DNA of 64,000 nucleotides from the human T2T-CHM13v2.0 reference genome, Homo sapiens. Position 1 is the first letter of the stretch, and each line of letters starts with the position of its first letter. Positions 1-13,410 of this stretch are shown here, piece after piece. The notes below the pieces were generated by a model. The model saw only the letters and a list, made by a program, of their open reading frames with translations, searched no databases and was not told where the DNA came from. Both the position numbers and the translations under genes were made by a program. The stretch lies in the NCBI RefSeq assembly GCF_009914755.1, contig NC_060927.1; one strand, 5' to 3'.

Positions 1-130
1 CCATGCTAGAGGTGGGTATTAAAATCTCCACTTTACAGACACTGAAACAGAGAAGGGTAGGGAAATTTTCCAAGGTCACACAACTAAGAAGAGTGCCAAA
101 GTCTTGAGTGTATGCTCTCAACAGCTACTA
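1..130 (-). mobile_element. MIR SINE fragment
   Basis: MIR core-like ctccactttacagacactgaaacagaga...ccaaggtcacacaactaag. Confidence 0.65.
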
Positions 131-2789
131 AAGGTGATTTCTTACATATTAAACTTTGAGAACATATGGCATGAATGTTACTGACTTATAGTAGAGAAAT
201 TGACTATTCAGGAAACTTTGCTTATGTCCTAATTTGTATGTTCTATACTGGTGATATTGACAAGTAACTGAATCCTAGTAAGCCAAGTTGTTACCCTAGT
301 AATATTTTCAAATAATGAATATCACAATCTGGAAACACTAGTTCTACAGAACTAAAGGAATTTTTCCATATATTACCTTTTCGTTGTGTTACTTTTCCTC
401 ATGTTGACCAAACAGCATCCTAATCTTTTAATTAATTAATTAATTAATTATTTTCTAAAATTGTCTCAAAACTTCTATTCTGCCAACCAGTTTCCCTCAA
501 AACTTCCAGACTTTATGTCTGTCTTGGTGCTTTAAATGTAATGTCCATACTTTTGTTCTAGAGTTAAATATATCTTATACTGAAGATATTTTTTCCCACA
601 TGGCAATAAGACAGGAGGAGTGGCCAGTAAAAGTTTTGGGGAAGAAAAGATGAGTACTAGGAATTACTTCTCAAACACCTGTGTTCTAGTGATAATCTGA
701 CATAGAAAGTAGGAATTGGGGAAAAAAGGAAAGCAGTGAAGACGTTGTCTACTTTAGCTTTAAAGCATTTAGGGCAGAAAACATATTATTTTCCATACCT
801 TATACTGAGTAAAGCATATTGTCAATACTCAACCACAATAAATAATTAGCTATATTAGATTTACACACTTAATTCATCATACGCAGAGATTAAAATCTGT
901 CTCTGAAAATAAGATTCTGAAAGAAAGTCTTTGATATATTCTGATAGAGGTGTAAATCATAGCACTTTGTGCAGATCTTAGATAAGTTAAATATATACCA
1001 TTTTACCCTTTCATTATATCATAAGTTCCTTTTTAATATTTTTAAATAAATGCCTGCAAACTGAAAGTCTAATTCTCTTTAGAGGCTTTCCACACACATC
1101 TATTCCCACATAGATATGGATATGGTTATACCTAGCTATTTATCTACATATAATATATAAAGCAATTATTCACTGGTAAATTTGTACATTTCATTTTCCA
1201 ATACAGTGTATTCACTTTAATCACATACTTTCTAATCTTTTTGCCTCCTAGTCTCAGATTTTTGAATTCAAATTTTCTTTCCTTTGTCTGTATTTAAAAA
1301 TAATAATAATCATTTTACATCTATTACAAATAACAATACCTAGTCTCTGATTGAATGCTAACATTGTAATTCATTCTCAGGGTTCGGCTGCCATTCATTC
1401 ATAGCTGGAGCTGTGCTCTCATTATGTATGACATCAGCAGAAACTCTCAATTCAATTGCAGCCTTTTATTTAATTAGGGGCTATGTATTATTTGGTGTGT
1501 AGTATCCAGAATTAAAAATAGCCCCTTCCACTGTGTAATGGGAAAGGAAGAAAACTTTGAATATATATTCTAATTGATATTTTTAATACTTACTCTAAAA
1601 GCAATCAAAACTTATGTTAAATATTAATTATAATATTTTTCTGCTTTTGTGCACCTTGATTTATTGCTGCCCTTTTGGGTTCACTTTTAATTACATTACA
1701 GGAAAACAAAGGATATTTTTATTGGAAGAGTTATTTAGCACAGACAATACTTTCAATGGTGATGGTTATACTGAACTTTATATTAAACTTAATTTTCAAA
1801 AGCATATTTAACACAGTTTGCCAGGCTTTGTAAAAATTATTTTTCCTTCCTTTAACAACATGCCTGTCGGGTCTCTATATTAGAAATCAGGGACAAAGCT
1901 CATAAAGGAACAAAGACCCAAAATCAGGGATGGTCTTTTAAAAGAGGTACAGTTTCAAAGACTCCTAAAGATATAAATCAAAGTGCTTTTGAATACAGAG
2001 AGCATTCTAAAAGAATATTGAACTGTTTGCTTAAAATCTCACATTATTTCCTGCTTTTTAAACCCTATTCCTTTTTGAAGGCTAGCACCAGATAGGGACA
2101 AAAGGAATATTTTCATGCAAAAATCAGGGCCAGGTACAGAGGCACAGTCAGAGTCTATTTCAAGTGGGGACAGAAATTTAATTCAAGTTATTCTCCTCTT
2201 TATTCCACATTTAACAGATTTGAAGGATTTCTCCACCTCTCTGACACTTGTGCAGACATCACTAGGTAATGTTTGCACCAGTGGCGGGCACCAGGAAATC
2301 TTGGTGTGGAATTTTTTGTTCCCTTGGAACGGATTCTGAAAAACACAGCAGAGTCCAAACATGTCTGCTCAAGGAAGGTGGGGCTTTATGTTTCATGAAA
2401 TCAACCCTTCTGGCCCCCTCTACTAAAGAAAGCGAGTAGTCGGTCTTTTCCCTTTTTATTAGAATCTTACGTTACCCACAGCTAGGTCTTATTCTAGATG
2501 CTATTCTTCAAAGTATAAATGAATATCTTCATACTGTTAGGAAGACAGAGATGTTACTCACCTTATTCTAGATCTATGCTTTTTTATGTTTTATTTTTCA
2601 TGTAATACTTCTAGCACTTTTGCTAAATCAGTGCAAATACCAAAAGTAACTAACTGATCATTCTATAACAAATCTTACTTTCCAAAAGTTATGACCAAAT
2701 ACAAGGCTTAAGCCCTTATGATGTGTGTGTTTCATTAAGAAAGTGAAATGCTATACCTCTGAGTAGAGCAAGTATCTGTGATTTTTCAT

Positions 2790-2803
2790 GTTTCCATAGC
2801 AAC
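2790..2803. promoter_or_regulatory. RFX X-box-like motif GTTTCCATAGCAAC
   Basis: Close match to the palindromic RFX consensus GTTNCCATGGNAAC, in unique sequence; motif evidence only. Confidence 0.4.
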
Positions 2804-3477
2804 CTGTAATTTTTATTGAACTGTGGAATAAATAGGCAAATAAAACATGCATAAAATATTGATGGCTGTTGAGGCTGCTGTCCAGGGACTTTAGTAACTT
2901 ACGGTCACTACTGTCTCTTTTTAACTCATGAAGCCATTTTTTCTAATTAAAGCATATATTTATTATGATTTCCTTATTCTTTATCTAATAGATAAAGTTT
3001 GCTTTTCAAAACAGGGTTTTCCCTGTTTTGTAGCAGACATATTGGAGAGGATACTGAGAAAGTAACATAAGCATAGAGACAAAAAATATTCCCTAAATTT
3101 TTCTAAGGGAACTTAGGCGATTTGCATTGTCCTGGATTGAATTTCTCTTTTTTGACTAATTTTTGCAAGTTACAGACAGTTCTCTATTAAAAATATATAT
3201 TGCCGATGAGAAAATAACAAATGCAAATAATAATAAGCATGTTTGAGAAAGTAAATTGTTTATGGAAAATAAGTATTTCAACTTTAACTGGAAATAAAAA
3301 ATGGAATCAATTAAATTGTTTATTTGAACTTGAAAAAAGCAAGTTATAAGATGAAATTGATCTAACATCCATGTATTTCATTGATGCTGATCATTATAGT
3401 ACTATGTGGTCTGTGTCATTTCAGTTCAATAAACATTTATTGAGAACCAACCTTATGCTCAGTACCATGCCAATTGT

Positions 3478-3503
3478 AAAAAAAAAAAAAAAAAAAAAAA
3501 AAA
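3478..3503 (+). repeat. poly(A) tract (26 nt) next to an L2 3'-end remnant
   Basis: Direct reading; ttcaataaacatttattgag upstream is L2-tail-like. Confidence 0.85.
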
Positions 3504-3569
3504 TAGTAAAGTTTCTGAACTTAAGTTATAGCTTAATAGAAAAGTCTTGATGAAAAGAGAAAAAAAAGA

Positions 3570-4670
3570 ACCTTAAAATCACATCTAGTATCTGGAAAAA
3601 AATAAAGCTGTATCACTACCTCGTAGCTTACAGCAAAATAAATTCCAGATTGATCAAACTAAAACTTACAAAATAAAATCATTAAAATACTAAATGAAAG
3701 CATAGACTTTTTAAAATATTTATGTAATCTTAGAGTCAGAGAGTGGAAAATTTCTACATATGATCAAAACTCAGGGGCCATTTAAAAAATGATAAATTCT
3801 GTTGCATAAACGTGAAAACAATTCACATGACGAAATAATATCAAAATGTCAAGGGACAAAGAACAAATTGAGAAATATTTTTTCTGCTTATATCACAGCG
3901 ACTAATTTTTAATAGATATAATATTCCTATAAGTCAATAGGAAGAATATTTACAATGTAATAGGAAAATGAATAAAAGAACAGGAAACAGAACAAGCACA
4001 TGTTTGGAAAAAAATGCTCATGTACACTCATCATAAGATAAATGCACGTTAGTGTGATACTATTTCCACCTAGCATATTGGTTAAAATAAAAAAAGTTTT
4101 ATAACCAACCTGTTAGCAACAGTGTGAGTATAAATTGTTACAAGCATTTTAAGGATGCTTTCATGACTTTTATAACCTCCTTGGATGACATTCTAGCAAT
4201 ACCTATCCAAAAATGCCCATAACAATTTCATTTCTAGGACATTCTCATCTATGGGCAAAATGCAGGTTATTCATTGCAGCACTGCTTGCTATATAAAAAC
4301 ATTGGAAACAACCTAAATGTTCATTAATAAAAGACAAGTTAAATATATTTCAACACATTCACACAATGAAATACTATGCAGCCATTAGAAGAAGCAACTC
4401 TGTGAGTATAAATAAGGAATTATGTCTAAGAATGTTATTAAATGAAAACAGCAAGTTGCAGAACAGTGTTAAAGTATACTCCCATTTGTGTGTATAAAAG
4501 GCAAAATATTTCTTTATGTGCTGTCATATATATAAACTATCACTAGAAGTGCACAAAGAAAATCCTTACTCTCCGAACAGATGAATTTGTAGCCTAGAGT
4601 ACAGGGCTGAGATGGCAACTTACCTATCATTCTGTATCCTTCTATATATTTTGAATTTTGTTCAAGTATT
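3570..4670 (+). mobile_element. Old L1 (L1M, L1ME/L1MC-like) ORF2 end and 3' UTR
   Basis: ttggaaacaacctaaatgttcattaata, cacacaatgaaatactatgcagccatt, aaaataaattccagattgatc are L1 3' motifs. Confidence 0.75.
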
Positions 4671-5056
4671 TGTTGAGCTTATTTAATTAATTTTTTGAAA
4701 TAGGTATTAATTTTAAGATAATACAAAGGCAAATATATAAAAGTATGCTAACTACTTGGAAAATTTTAAGTAACAAGAGACTACTCTGTGATGCTATTCA
4801 GAAAATGTTTAGAATAAATGGGTCTTGAGCTAGACTTGAACTTAAAAGTGAGATCAGGAAGTAGTATCATGACCCAAGAAGGGCATAATCATACGTTGAT
4901 GGTGCAAGCTTATGGCCACATCATTCAAGCAATTATAAGATAGGGAGGAGAAAAAATAGGTGGAGATTATGGAAATAAAGGAAAAGTGTGGAAGGAACAA
5001 TGATATTCAACTAGGTCTAGTTTATTAGAGCAAGATAATGGGTTTATAGGAGTTCA

Positions 5057-5297
<241 letters not shown>

Positions 5298-5384
5298 TTC
5301 AAATAACATCATGGTGGAAAATACCATGTTCTTAATGATTATGTTGCAAAAATACCTCTTTTTGCATAAATATTTAGATGAGGA

Positions 5385-5530
5385 GAAGTAGCATGATGTA
5401 TTAGAAGAGGCCATGAACCTGAATTCAAGAGACACTTAATCTGGTCTCTGTTCTGCCTTTAATTAGCAATGTAACCTTGAGAAGGTCGCACTGTGTCTTC
5501 AGGCCTCACTTATATTGTCTGTAATATAAG
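5385..5530 (+). mobile_element. MIR fragment followed by a G13 run (5530-5542)
   Basis: atgtaaccttgagaaggtcgcactgtgtcttcaggcctcac...tctgtaatataaggg; MIR 3'-like ctaaggtcccttt resumes near 5790. Confidence 0.6.
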
Positions 5531-6079
5531 GGGGGGGGGGGGAATGTGCAGTAGATTCATAATTCCACAATCCCTTTTTCATCTGAAGAATACTTTTTTT
5601 TCAAATAAAATATGAGAGCAAACAGTAAAATTGATAGGAACAGTGTAACTTTGAATAAGGCAGGAATGGGTGCCCCAGAGCCCACCTGCACAGTGTCATT
5701 ATTTCCTACCATTGCCCTCTTCAATTGAGCAAAATCAAAGTCCTGGGAACTGGCCAAGTTCGATTTAAAACTATTTTACTAAAGGATTCCTAAGGTCCCT
5801 TTTCATAAGAGCATTCCACAATTCTAGGAGATAATTGATTCACAGGTTTAATCATGTTGTGTAATTCCTACAGAAACATTTGCCAATATAGTGGTGGTGG
5901 TAGGAGGCTATGCAGGAAGCAATTACTTTAAAAAAGATTTGTTAAGCATCTTTTCACTTGGCCCCCACAATGTTGAAAGATACAAAGCTGGCTAAAGTGT
6001 GATCCTGTCCCATTCTCATTCTCACAATTTAAATGTATTGGATTTTCTTTTTAAATCTTTTTAGGGTTCTCTAATAGGC

Positions 6080-7690
6080 TTCTCAAATATATGAGTTGGT
6101 ATCTTTTATTTGTTGGGAACTTTTGTCTCTCCTCTCTCCTAAGATGGCAATTCAATGTATTCTAGAACTTTTAACCATTTTATATGCCTCTTCTGCACTT
6201 TTCCGTTCCATTATTTTTACTTATGTCTCATTCTGAGTGTCTTTTATTGACTTGTCTTCAGTTTTCTAATCCTGTTTTCAACTATGTCCCATTTGCTTTT
6301 AAACTCATCCACTGAGTTCCTAAGTTCAAATATTGTATTTTTAGTGCTAAACTGTCCATTAAGTCATTGTTTATGATTCAACTATATCTTTTGAAATTTT
6401 CCTTTCCTTACTTTGTCTTTTTCTCCTCGAACATATCAGTCAGAGCTATGTTAAAGACTTGGTTGGCTAATATCAGTATATGGATTATCTGTGGGCTTGT
6501 TTCTATTGTCCATTTTTTCTCTTCATTGTTGTTTATGGCCATTCCTTTTCTCACGTGTAATCATTTTTAACTGTATTTGAGACATTGTATATGTTTAAAA
6601 ACTGTAGAAATTTTAAATGGTGTTCACTTCCACAAAAGAAAGTTCCTCTTTCCTCTGTTTAGCAGGTAGTGTGAGGGGTTGATTAGCTAAATGAAGTTAT
6701 GGAATGAACTAGATTAGCACTGGGCTATAGCTTTTCCACCTATCTCTGTGGAGGATTCAGTTCTGCCCTGTAAAAATGTTCAGCTTGGCTCTTTGACTTT
6801 TTGCCTCATGCAGCTTCAAAACTTAGTAAATGTATTAAGGTCATGTATTGGAGGCCCTCGAGCTTTCAACCTTCTTTTGTCAGACCACACAAATATCAAA
6901 ATATCCCTCAAGGTTATCTTTCTAGTTTTCAGCTTCAGTTGTATCTAGAATCAGTACATAGCCCCAGATCACGTGAGCTGCAAAATTGTCTTCTTACTCC
7001 ATAAGACAATTAGACAAATCCTAGTACATTTCAAAAGCCATGTTTTTATAGTTATCAGAAAGCAACAAAAATCAGTCAGATTAAAATGCAAGAGAAGGGA
7101 GAACCAGTAAGAGGTGAGTTAATGAGCTGATGAGCAGTTCCATAAGAAGCCTCCTTTTAGGGTTCTTATCTGTTGCTCAATTTGTTTCAGGCCTTCTCTT
7201 CTAGAAGCTTTTTGTTTCCTAAGTTTGCAAGATTGTGGAATTTTTCACTCTCCTTTTCAGGATCTTTTAGTTGATTTCCTTGGCATCTCATACATTCTTA
7301 GACTCATCAATTTATGGAGAAATGGGCTGTCTGTTTGAGAGCCCTCAAATCTCCAAATTTAATAAATTTGATTATTCTGGGTTCATTTGCTCACTAAAAT
7401 CTTTACTTTTTGTCTTTTTTTATAGTGACTTTCTGCTTGCACCCAGATCTCATCCTTGTGCCCTACTAGTATAACAGATACCTCCAGGGAAAGAACTGCT
7501 CATCAGCTTATCAACTCACCTTTCACTGGTTCTCCTTTCTCTTGCATTTTAGTTCATCTGATTTTTGTTGCTTTTTGATGCCTATGAAAATATGACTTTT
7601 GAAATGTATCTGGAATTGTCTAATTGTCAGTGGGAATATTCATCTGCAGTAACCTACTATACCCTACACAGAAGCTGAAGTTCCCAACCC
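6080..7690 (-). mobile_element. Ancient L1 5'/ORF1-region remnant(s)
   Basis: T-rich strand with aaactcatccactgagttcctaagttcaaatattgtatttttagt typical of antisense L1M ORF1 regions. Confidence 0.5.
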
Positions 7691-8584
7691 AGATTTTTGA
7701 GAACCTTAAAATCTAAGCAACATGAGACAAATTTTAAAATTTTTAACATATGCTCTCATACCGTTTATGTTACTATATATGAACAGATGTTTCTAAATCA
7801 TTTATAATATAATAGCATGGCACATTCTCTGGTTATGTCATATAAGATGGCATCAACAAATATGCTAACAATCAGGCCAAAATTTAATTGTAGACATACA
7901 ACTCTATATCTAGTTAGCTAGTAACTTTATTCAGGAAGGCAGAACTCTTTAAAACACATTAACACTTTTTAATTTTTGTACGAGAGTAATTATATAGGAT
8001 CAAGTTAGATTAAATTTTGAATTAGATACTAATTTCCCAGGGTATAGAAATAACCATACACTAATCATAAGTAGTATAATGGAGGAAAAAGTGGTATTTT
8101 CTACTGCTATATGTATAACATATAAGAGGTATAAGCTTATGTTGTATTTTGAAATTCTAAGACATTGATGTTGCTATCATTTTTTTCACCTCCCAGAATA
8201 TATCAACACTCATTTTAAATTATTTCTTCAATTAACTTCAGGATATCCATCATGCTAAAATTTTTAGAAAGCCTAGAGGGCTTAAGAAATTGTGTGTATG
8301 TGTGTGAAAGAGTGTACTTAAGAAATGAATTTGGTTTGCCTACCATGGATTACTTGGAATTTATTTTATTCTTTCTTTTGTTCTTGGTTTCTTTATATTT
8401 TAATCAGAGTCATATTTGTAAAGCAATTTAAAACTAGATTAAAATTTAACCTGCAAAAGTGTTGCGTGAGAAATGAATTAACTCCTTCTGACATTCTATT
8501 TTTCTCTTGCCCTTTTACCTCCAGGACCTGTTACAAGCAATAGAACCCACTGTAGATTTTTTTTTCAGATAACACTTCACTAAA

Positions 8585-8712
8585 CCAGTGTTTTCCAAAG
8601 CATCATAGGTGCATGAATTACCGAAATTAGATTATTGAACATGTTGAGATTATTGGGTTTTACTTCAGACAGGGACCACTGACAGTAGGACCAAGAATCT
8701 GCATTTTTAATG
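8585..8712. mobile_element. MER5-type hAT-Charlie MITE fragment
   Basis: cagtgttttccaaa ... aggaccaagaatctgcatttttaa. Confidence 0.6.
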
Positions 8713-9504
8713 TGTGTTGTCCATGCAGTTGCCCAACGCCATTACCCAATGACTACTCCATTAAAATAGCATAGGACAGTGTCACCATTGACTTTTTTCT
8801 TGTTCACTTGAAGGATCATTACCTTAGTTCCCACTGCAATGCCCATAGTGGCTTCCTACATCAGCAATAGTAAGGAACTGGCCTTATTTCCCTACTCTTA
8901 TCTACCTCTAGTGTCCTCCGAAGGGCTCCTCACGATCTGCTCATTTTCTATTACACTGATCTCACTAGAAGCTCTTCCAATTCCTATCTTCTTTATTCCA
9001 TATTCCAAGACATTCAACTATACCTGTGTACAGGTCTTCACCTTTAAATTTCTCTTCTCAGGATCAAACCTGGAGGGAAATGTGTTACTTACCACTGGAC
9101 ATGTTATTTACCAAATGAAAACACAGCGGCTTGTGATACTTCTGGTGTCTATGTATTCTCTTGCAGTCAGAGTCAGTTATTTTCCCAGGCCTCACCAAGT
9201 GGGAAAACTCAACGGAAGTTTTGAGCATGGAAGATCCTTAATGAACCTGCTTAGTTCTCACCATTCCTTCAACTCTGAGTAATCAGAGGCAAAAGATAAT
9301 AATAGACGACAGGAGCAAAACTAAACCTCACTTGTTTTGTGTCCAGACTGCTCATTAAGAGCAAGGGATTTGTGGTCGGACTGCCAAGATTCAAATTCTC
9401 CTTTCATGACCTTAGCCAAGTTACTTAACTTCTTCAACCCTATATATCTGCATCAAAATGGAGGAAAATAATAGTCCCTGATACCTCAAAATGTCTTAGC
9501 AAAC

Positions 9505-10270
9505 TGTTTTTACTGAATTATAGCGCATACAGAAAGGTGCATAGTTTATAAATATGCAACTCAATGAGTTTTTACAAAGTGAACACACTCTCATATACAT
9601 AGCACACAGATCAAGAAACAAAAGGTCTCCTTCTCCTCACTTCTGATCAATACCATCTCACCAATATTTGCCACTCTCATGACTTCTAGCATCACAGATC
9701 AGTTTTGCCTATTTTTAACTTGATATTTACATGTATACAATTTGGTCTCTTTTCTGTCTGGCTTCCTTCTCTTACTATTACATCTGGGAGGATCACCTTG
9801 TTATTCCATGTACTTATAATTTGTCCATTATCGTTGCTGCACAGTATTCCCTTTTGTAAATATAATATAATTTATTACTTGTTTTATGTGGATAAGTATT
9901 TATTTAATTTCTAGCTTGGAGCTATTTTAACTATTTCGCCATATGTATTTTTATTATATATTCTTATGTATGTCTTTAGTAAATAAATGTAAACATGTCC
10001 ATTAGGTATATACTTCAGAAAGAAATTAGTAAGTCATAAAGTATGTGTAGATTCAACTTTAGGAGATCTGCCAAACAGCTTTCCAGTGTGGTTGTACCAA
10101 TTTACACTCCCACAAACAGTATATGAGAGTCCCAATTATTCTATATTATTATCACTGAAGGCTATCATCTTTTTTATTTTAGCCATCTTGACAGGTTGAG
10201 ATATTGCCTTGTGGTTGTAATTTTCTCTTCCTTAATGACAAATGCAGTTGAGTGCCCTTCACATGTACTC
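9505..10270 (-). mobile_element. L1M 3' end inserted into a MIR (MIR halves ~9350-9490 and ~10270-10365)
   Basis: gtggttgtaccaatttacactcccacaaacagtatatgagagt; flanks catgaccttagccaagttacttaac and cctagcacatagcaagtgctcaac are MIR. Confidence 0.75.
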
Positions 10271-11673
10271 ATATTACTGTTATGAGAACTAAAAACTATA
10301 GACAATGTAAAGCTCATTGCATAGGGCCTAGCACATAGCAAGTGCTCAACAAAGTTAAGCATTCTTACTTCTTACTCCTTTGCCTGTTGGATTGCAATGA
10401 AGAACCACCGGATGATCTCAATATTGCACATACCTACTTTTTAATAATCATTATTCTTTGCCTCTTCCAGTTGCAACAGCAAAAGCCCAGACAACTAGAC
10501 AAATCATAAAAGAGAAGCTTGGTTAAAGGAGAATAAGAAGCATATTTTATGGCTGTTTCTATTTTAACTAGTATAAGCAACAGAAGTTTATCTTATTGAG
10601 CACCACTGAATTAGCACAAATGAAATATAAGCTCATTAATCACCATTTATTGATTTACACCTCGCTAATGCAATCATTTAGGAAAGTAGCTGTTAGGTAA
10701 TGGTATCTCATTATGGTTCTTGTGTAATTTCCAGATAGGAATTATTATCAAGTATGTCAAGTGGGAATCCTGTGCACTGAGTTTGCGATTATCCATCCGC
10801 TCAAACAGTTGTACAAAATACCACCAGGGACGTTTCCAACTAGCCAATAACGAATAATGTAGTTTTCCTTGGCCACACTTTAAAGGGAGTTTTCTTTCTT
10901 GGCTTTTATCATTCAGTCTGGAGTTAAAGAGGGATGTAGCAACCATTTCTGGTCACATTCTGCTCATTTGAGTGCAGTCAGAAGAGAAATGCAAGCATGA
11001 AATATGGCCAATAAAGGGAGCAGAGGGCTTTGAAGACTGGGGGCTCGACCATGTAAGTGAATTGGTGTCCATTCAAAAATTTAAGACTAGGAATGACATT
11101 GCAGAGGACACAAAATGACCTTAAATTTTGAGCTGTCTAAACAATGCCAGCAGGCAGACCTTAATCAGTGCCATCCAGCATATGGACAAGAAAATTTATC
11201 CCAACAAAGTAGCTTTTATTTTTTGAATTATTGAATTGTTTGTTGTTTCCTTTGCATGAATGCTGAGTAGGGAACCTCCCTAGACACATCCTCATACATA
11301 TATTTAAAATGTGAGTTGATAAATAAATTCACTGGTGTGGGATACAACACAAACTATACAAATTAAGAAATTTAATTTTTCTCACTTCTGAGATTATCAT
11401 GGGCTTTGAATATACTGCCTAACACGTATACTTTGAGTTGTGCAATAAATCTGTAATTTGAACCACTTGATAAAGAACTGACTATAAAGCTTAAATACTA
11501 TTTGAGTCAACAAATATTTAAGTAGTCGCAGACTAGGTGCAAGGCTGCATTTAGTAATGTGCTAAATGCAAGAATACATACATATGTAACTTTAAATCAA
11601 ACCAAGGTATGGAAAGTGTAATCATAAGCAAGCCCACTCAAGTGGGTATGCAGCTTGAATACAAGGTTTAGAG

Positions 11674-11888
11674 CAGTGGTTTTCAACAGGGGCCATTTTT
11701 CCCCTCAGAGAAATTTGAAAATGTCTGCAGATATTGTTGGTTATCACAACTAGGGTAAAGAGAGTGCTGGCATCTAGCAGATAGGAGTCAGAGGTCCCGT
11801 TCAACATCCTGCAATGCGCGGGCTAACACTCCACAACAAATAGCTCTTTAGCCCAAAAAGGCAATAATGCTGAAGTTGACAAACCCTG
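11674..11888. mobile_element. MER20 (hAT-Charlie MITE), apparently full length
   Basis: Termini cagtggttttcaac ... gttgacaaaccctg; internal gctggcatctag and catcctgcaatgc; degenerate 8-bp TSD gtttagag/atttatag. Confidence 0.85.
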
Positions 11889-12331
11889 ATTTATAGCATT
11901 TAACCTTATCCCCAGGGTCCAGAACAGAGCCTGCCACATAGAAGGCTATCAATAATTATGTTTAAAGAATGAGTGTACTATACAGTTACTAACCTACTCA
12001 ACAGAAAAGTTTGTTTAATACCAGTAATCAAATAAGCAAATTGCATGGTATGTGAATCATATCTCAATTAAAATATTAGAAACATCATATCCGTTTCGCT
12101 TTCTGTGAATATAATATTTGGATTTTTTTACAGATGTTCATATGTTATTTTCTTTATTTCCTTGACAAAGTAGAAAACAGTTTAGCATTTGAATATTGTA
12201 ATAAGAAGTAATGGTTTGAAGTCAGAGAGACATGAATTCAAATCCTAAATGACCGTCAGTTTCCAGGACTGTGAATTAGGATAAAAGTAAATAAATATGG
12301 GAAAAATACGCAACTAAAATGTACTCATTTT

Positions 12332-12646
<315 letters not shown>

Positions 12647-12859
12647 TCAAGTATAGCACAGGATTGTCACGCAGATTCAGTTGGCTGTATATTATCCCTT
12701 GGTACTATTGGTTGGCAGGCAGGATTCATTTCTATTTGATGAAGGAATTACTTTATTCTGGGCTATTGCTCTATGAAAGTGTCATCAGGTCACCTAAAAA
12801 GTCATTTTGAAGTAAGAGTTACATCAACAATATCAGTCTCTTCAATGTAGGGAATTTCT

Positions 12860-13030
12860 ACAAGCCAGGCACTGTGCTAAACACTTCATAGGCAGTTAAT
12901 ACTGCAGTCCTCAAGCGAAATGATGAGATTGGGATATCAAGGCTTAAAAAGATTTGGCCACACAAGCAGGAAGAGGCAGATCCAGTTTTCAACAATACAT
13001 TCCCTCTCCAAAATGAAAACTCTTCTTCAC
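12860..13030 (-). mobile_element. MIR
   Basis: gccaggcactgtgctaaacacttcata ... ggcttaaaaagatttggccacaca. Confidence 0.6.
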
Positions 13031-13389
13031 TGTGAATGACTGTGTCCTGGAGCAATCAGGAGAAAGCTTCATGAGGGATAGAATTTATATGCAGTAGTGA
13101 GGAGCAAAGAGGGCTGATGAAGATGGAATGAAAAAGAAAGTAAACTCATCTCCCGTCAAAAGCTCAAATACTTTGTATTGTACAAGTTTGTTCTTTAGAA
13201 CATTGTGTACAATAAGGCTTCATTAAAGTCAACTTTTATGACCATCATTAGGTTATCATGTAAATATTATAGACTAGCATGTAACCATTGTAGTTAACAA
13301 AGCAGATGTCTGTGCACTGACTTGGAAAGATGGCATTTTTGTTATGAAAATGGAGACAGGATATAGAATGAGGTATACATATATCCAGA

Positions 13390-13410
13390 TGTGTGTGTGT
13401 GTGTGTGTGT
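13390..13410. repeat. (TG)n microsatellite
   Basis: Direct reading. Confidence 0.95.

Noticed and set aside
3421-3503. AATAAA followed by a long poly(A), suggesting a processed pseudogene end
   Set aside because: The AATAAA belongs to an L2-tail-like motif; no upstream ORF or TSD found
8839-9282. 147-aa ORF, among the longest outside obvious repeats
   Set aside because: No recognisable domain, composition typical of T/C-rich noncoding DNA, no exon structure
10821-10834. CTCF-like ccaccagggacg (and ccaccagaggagag near 51743)
   Set aside because: Lack the conserved GGCGC/GGCAG 3' core; too weak without data
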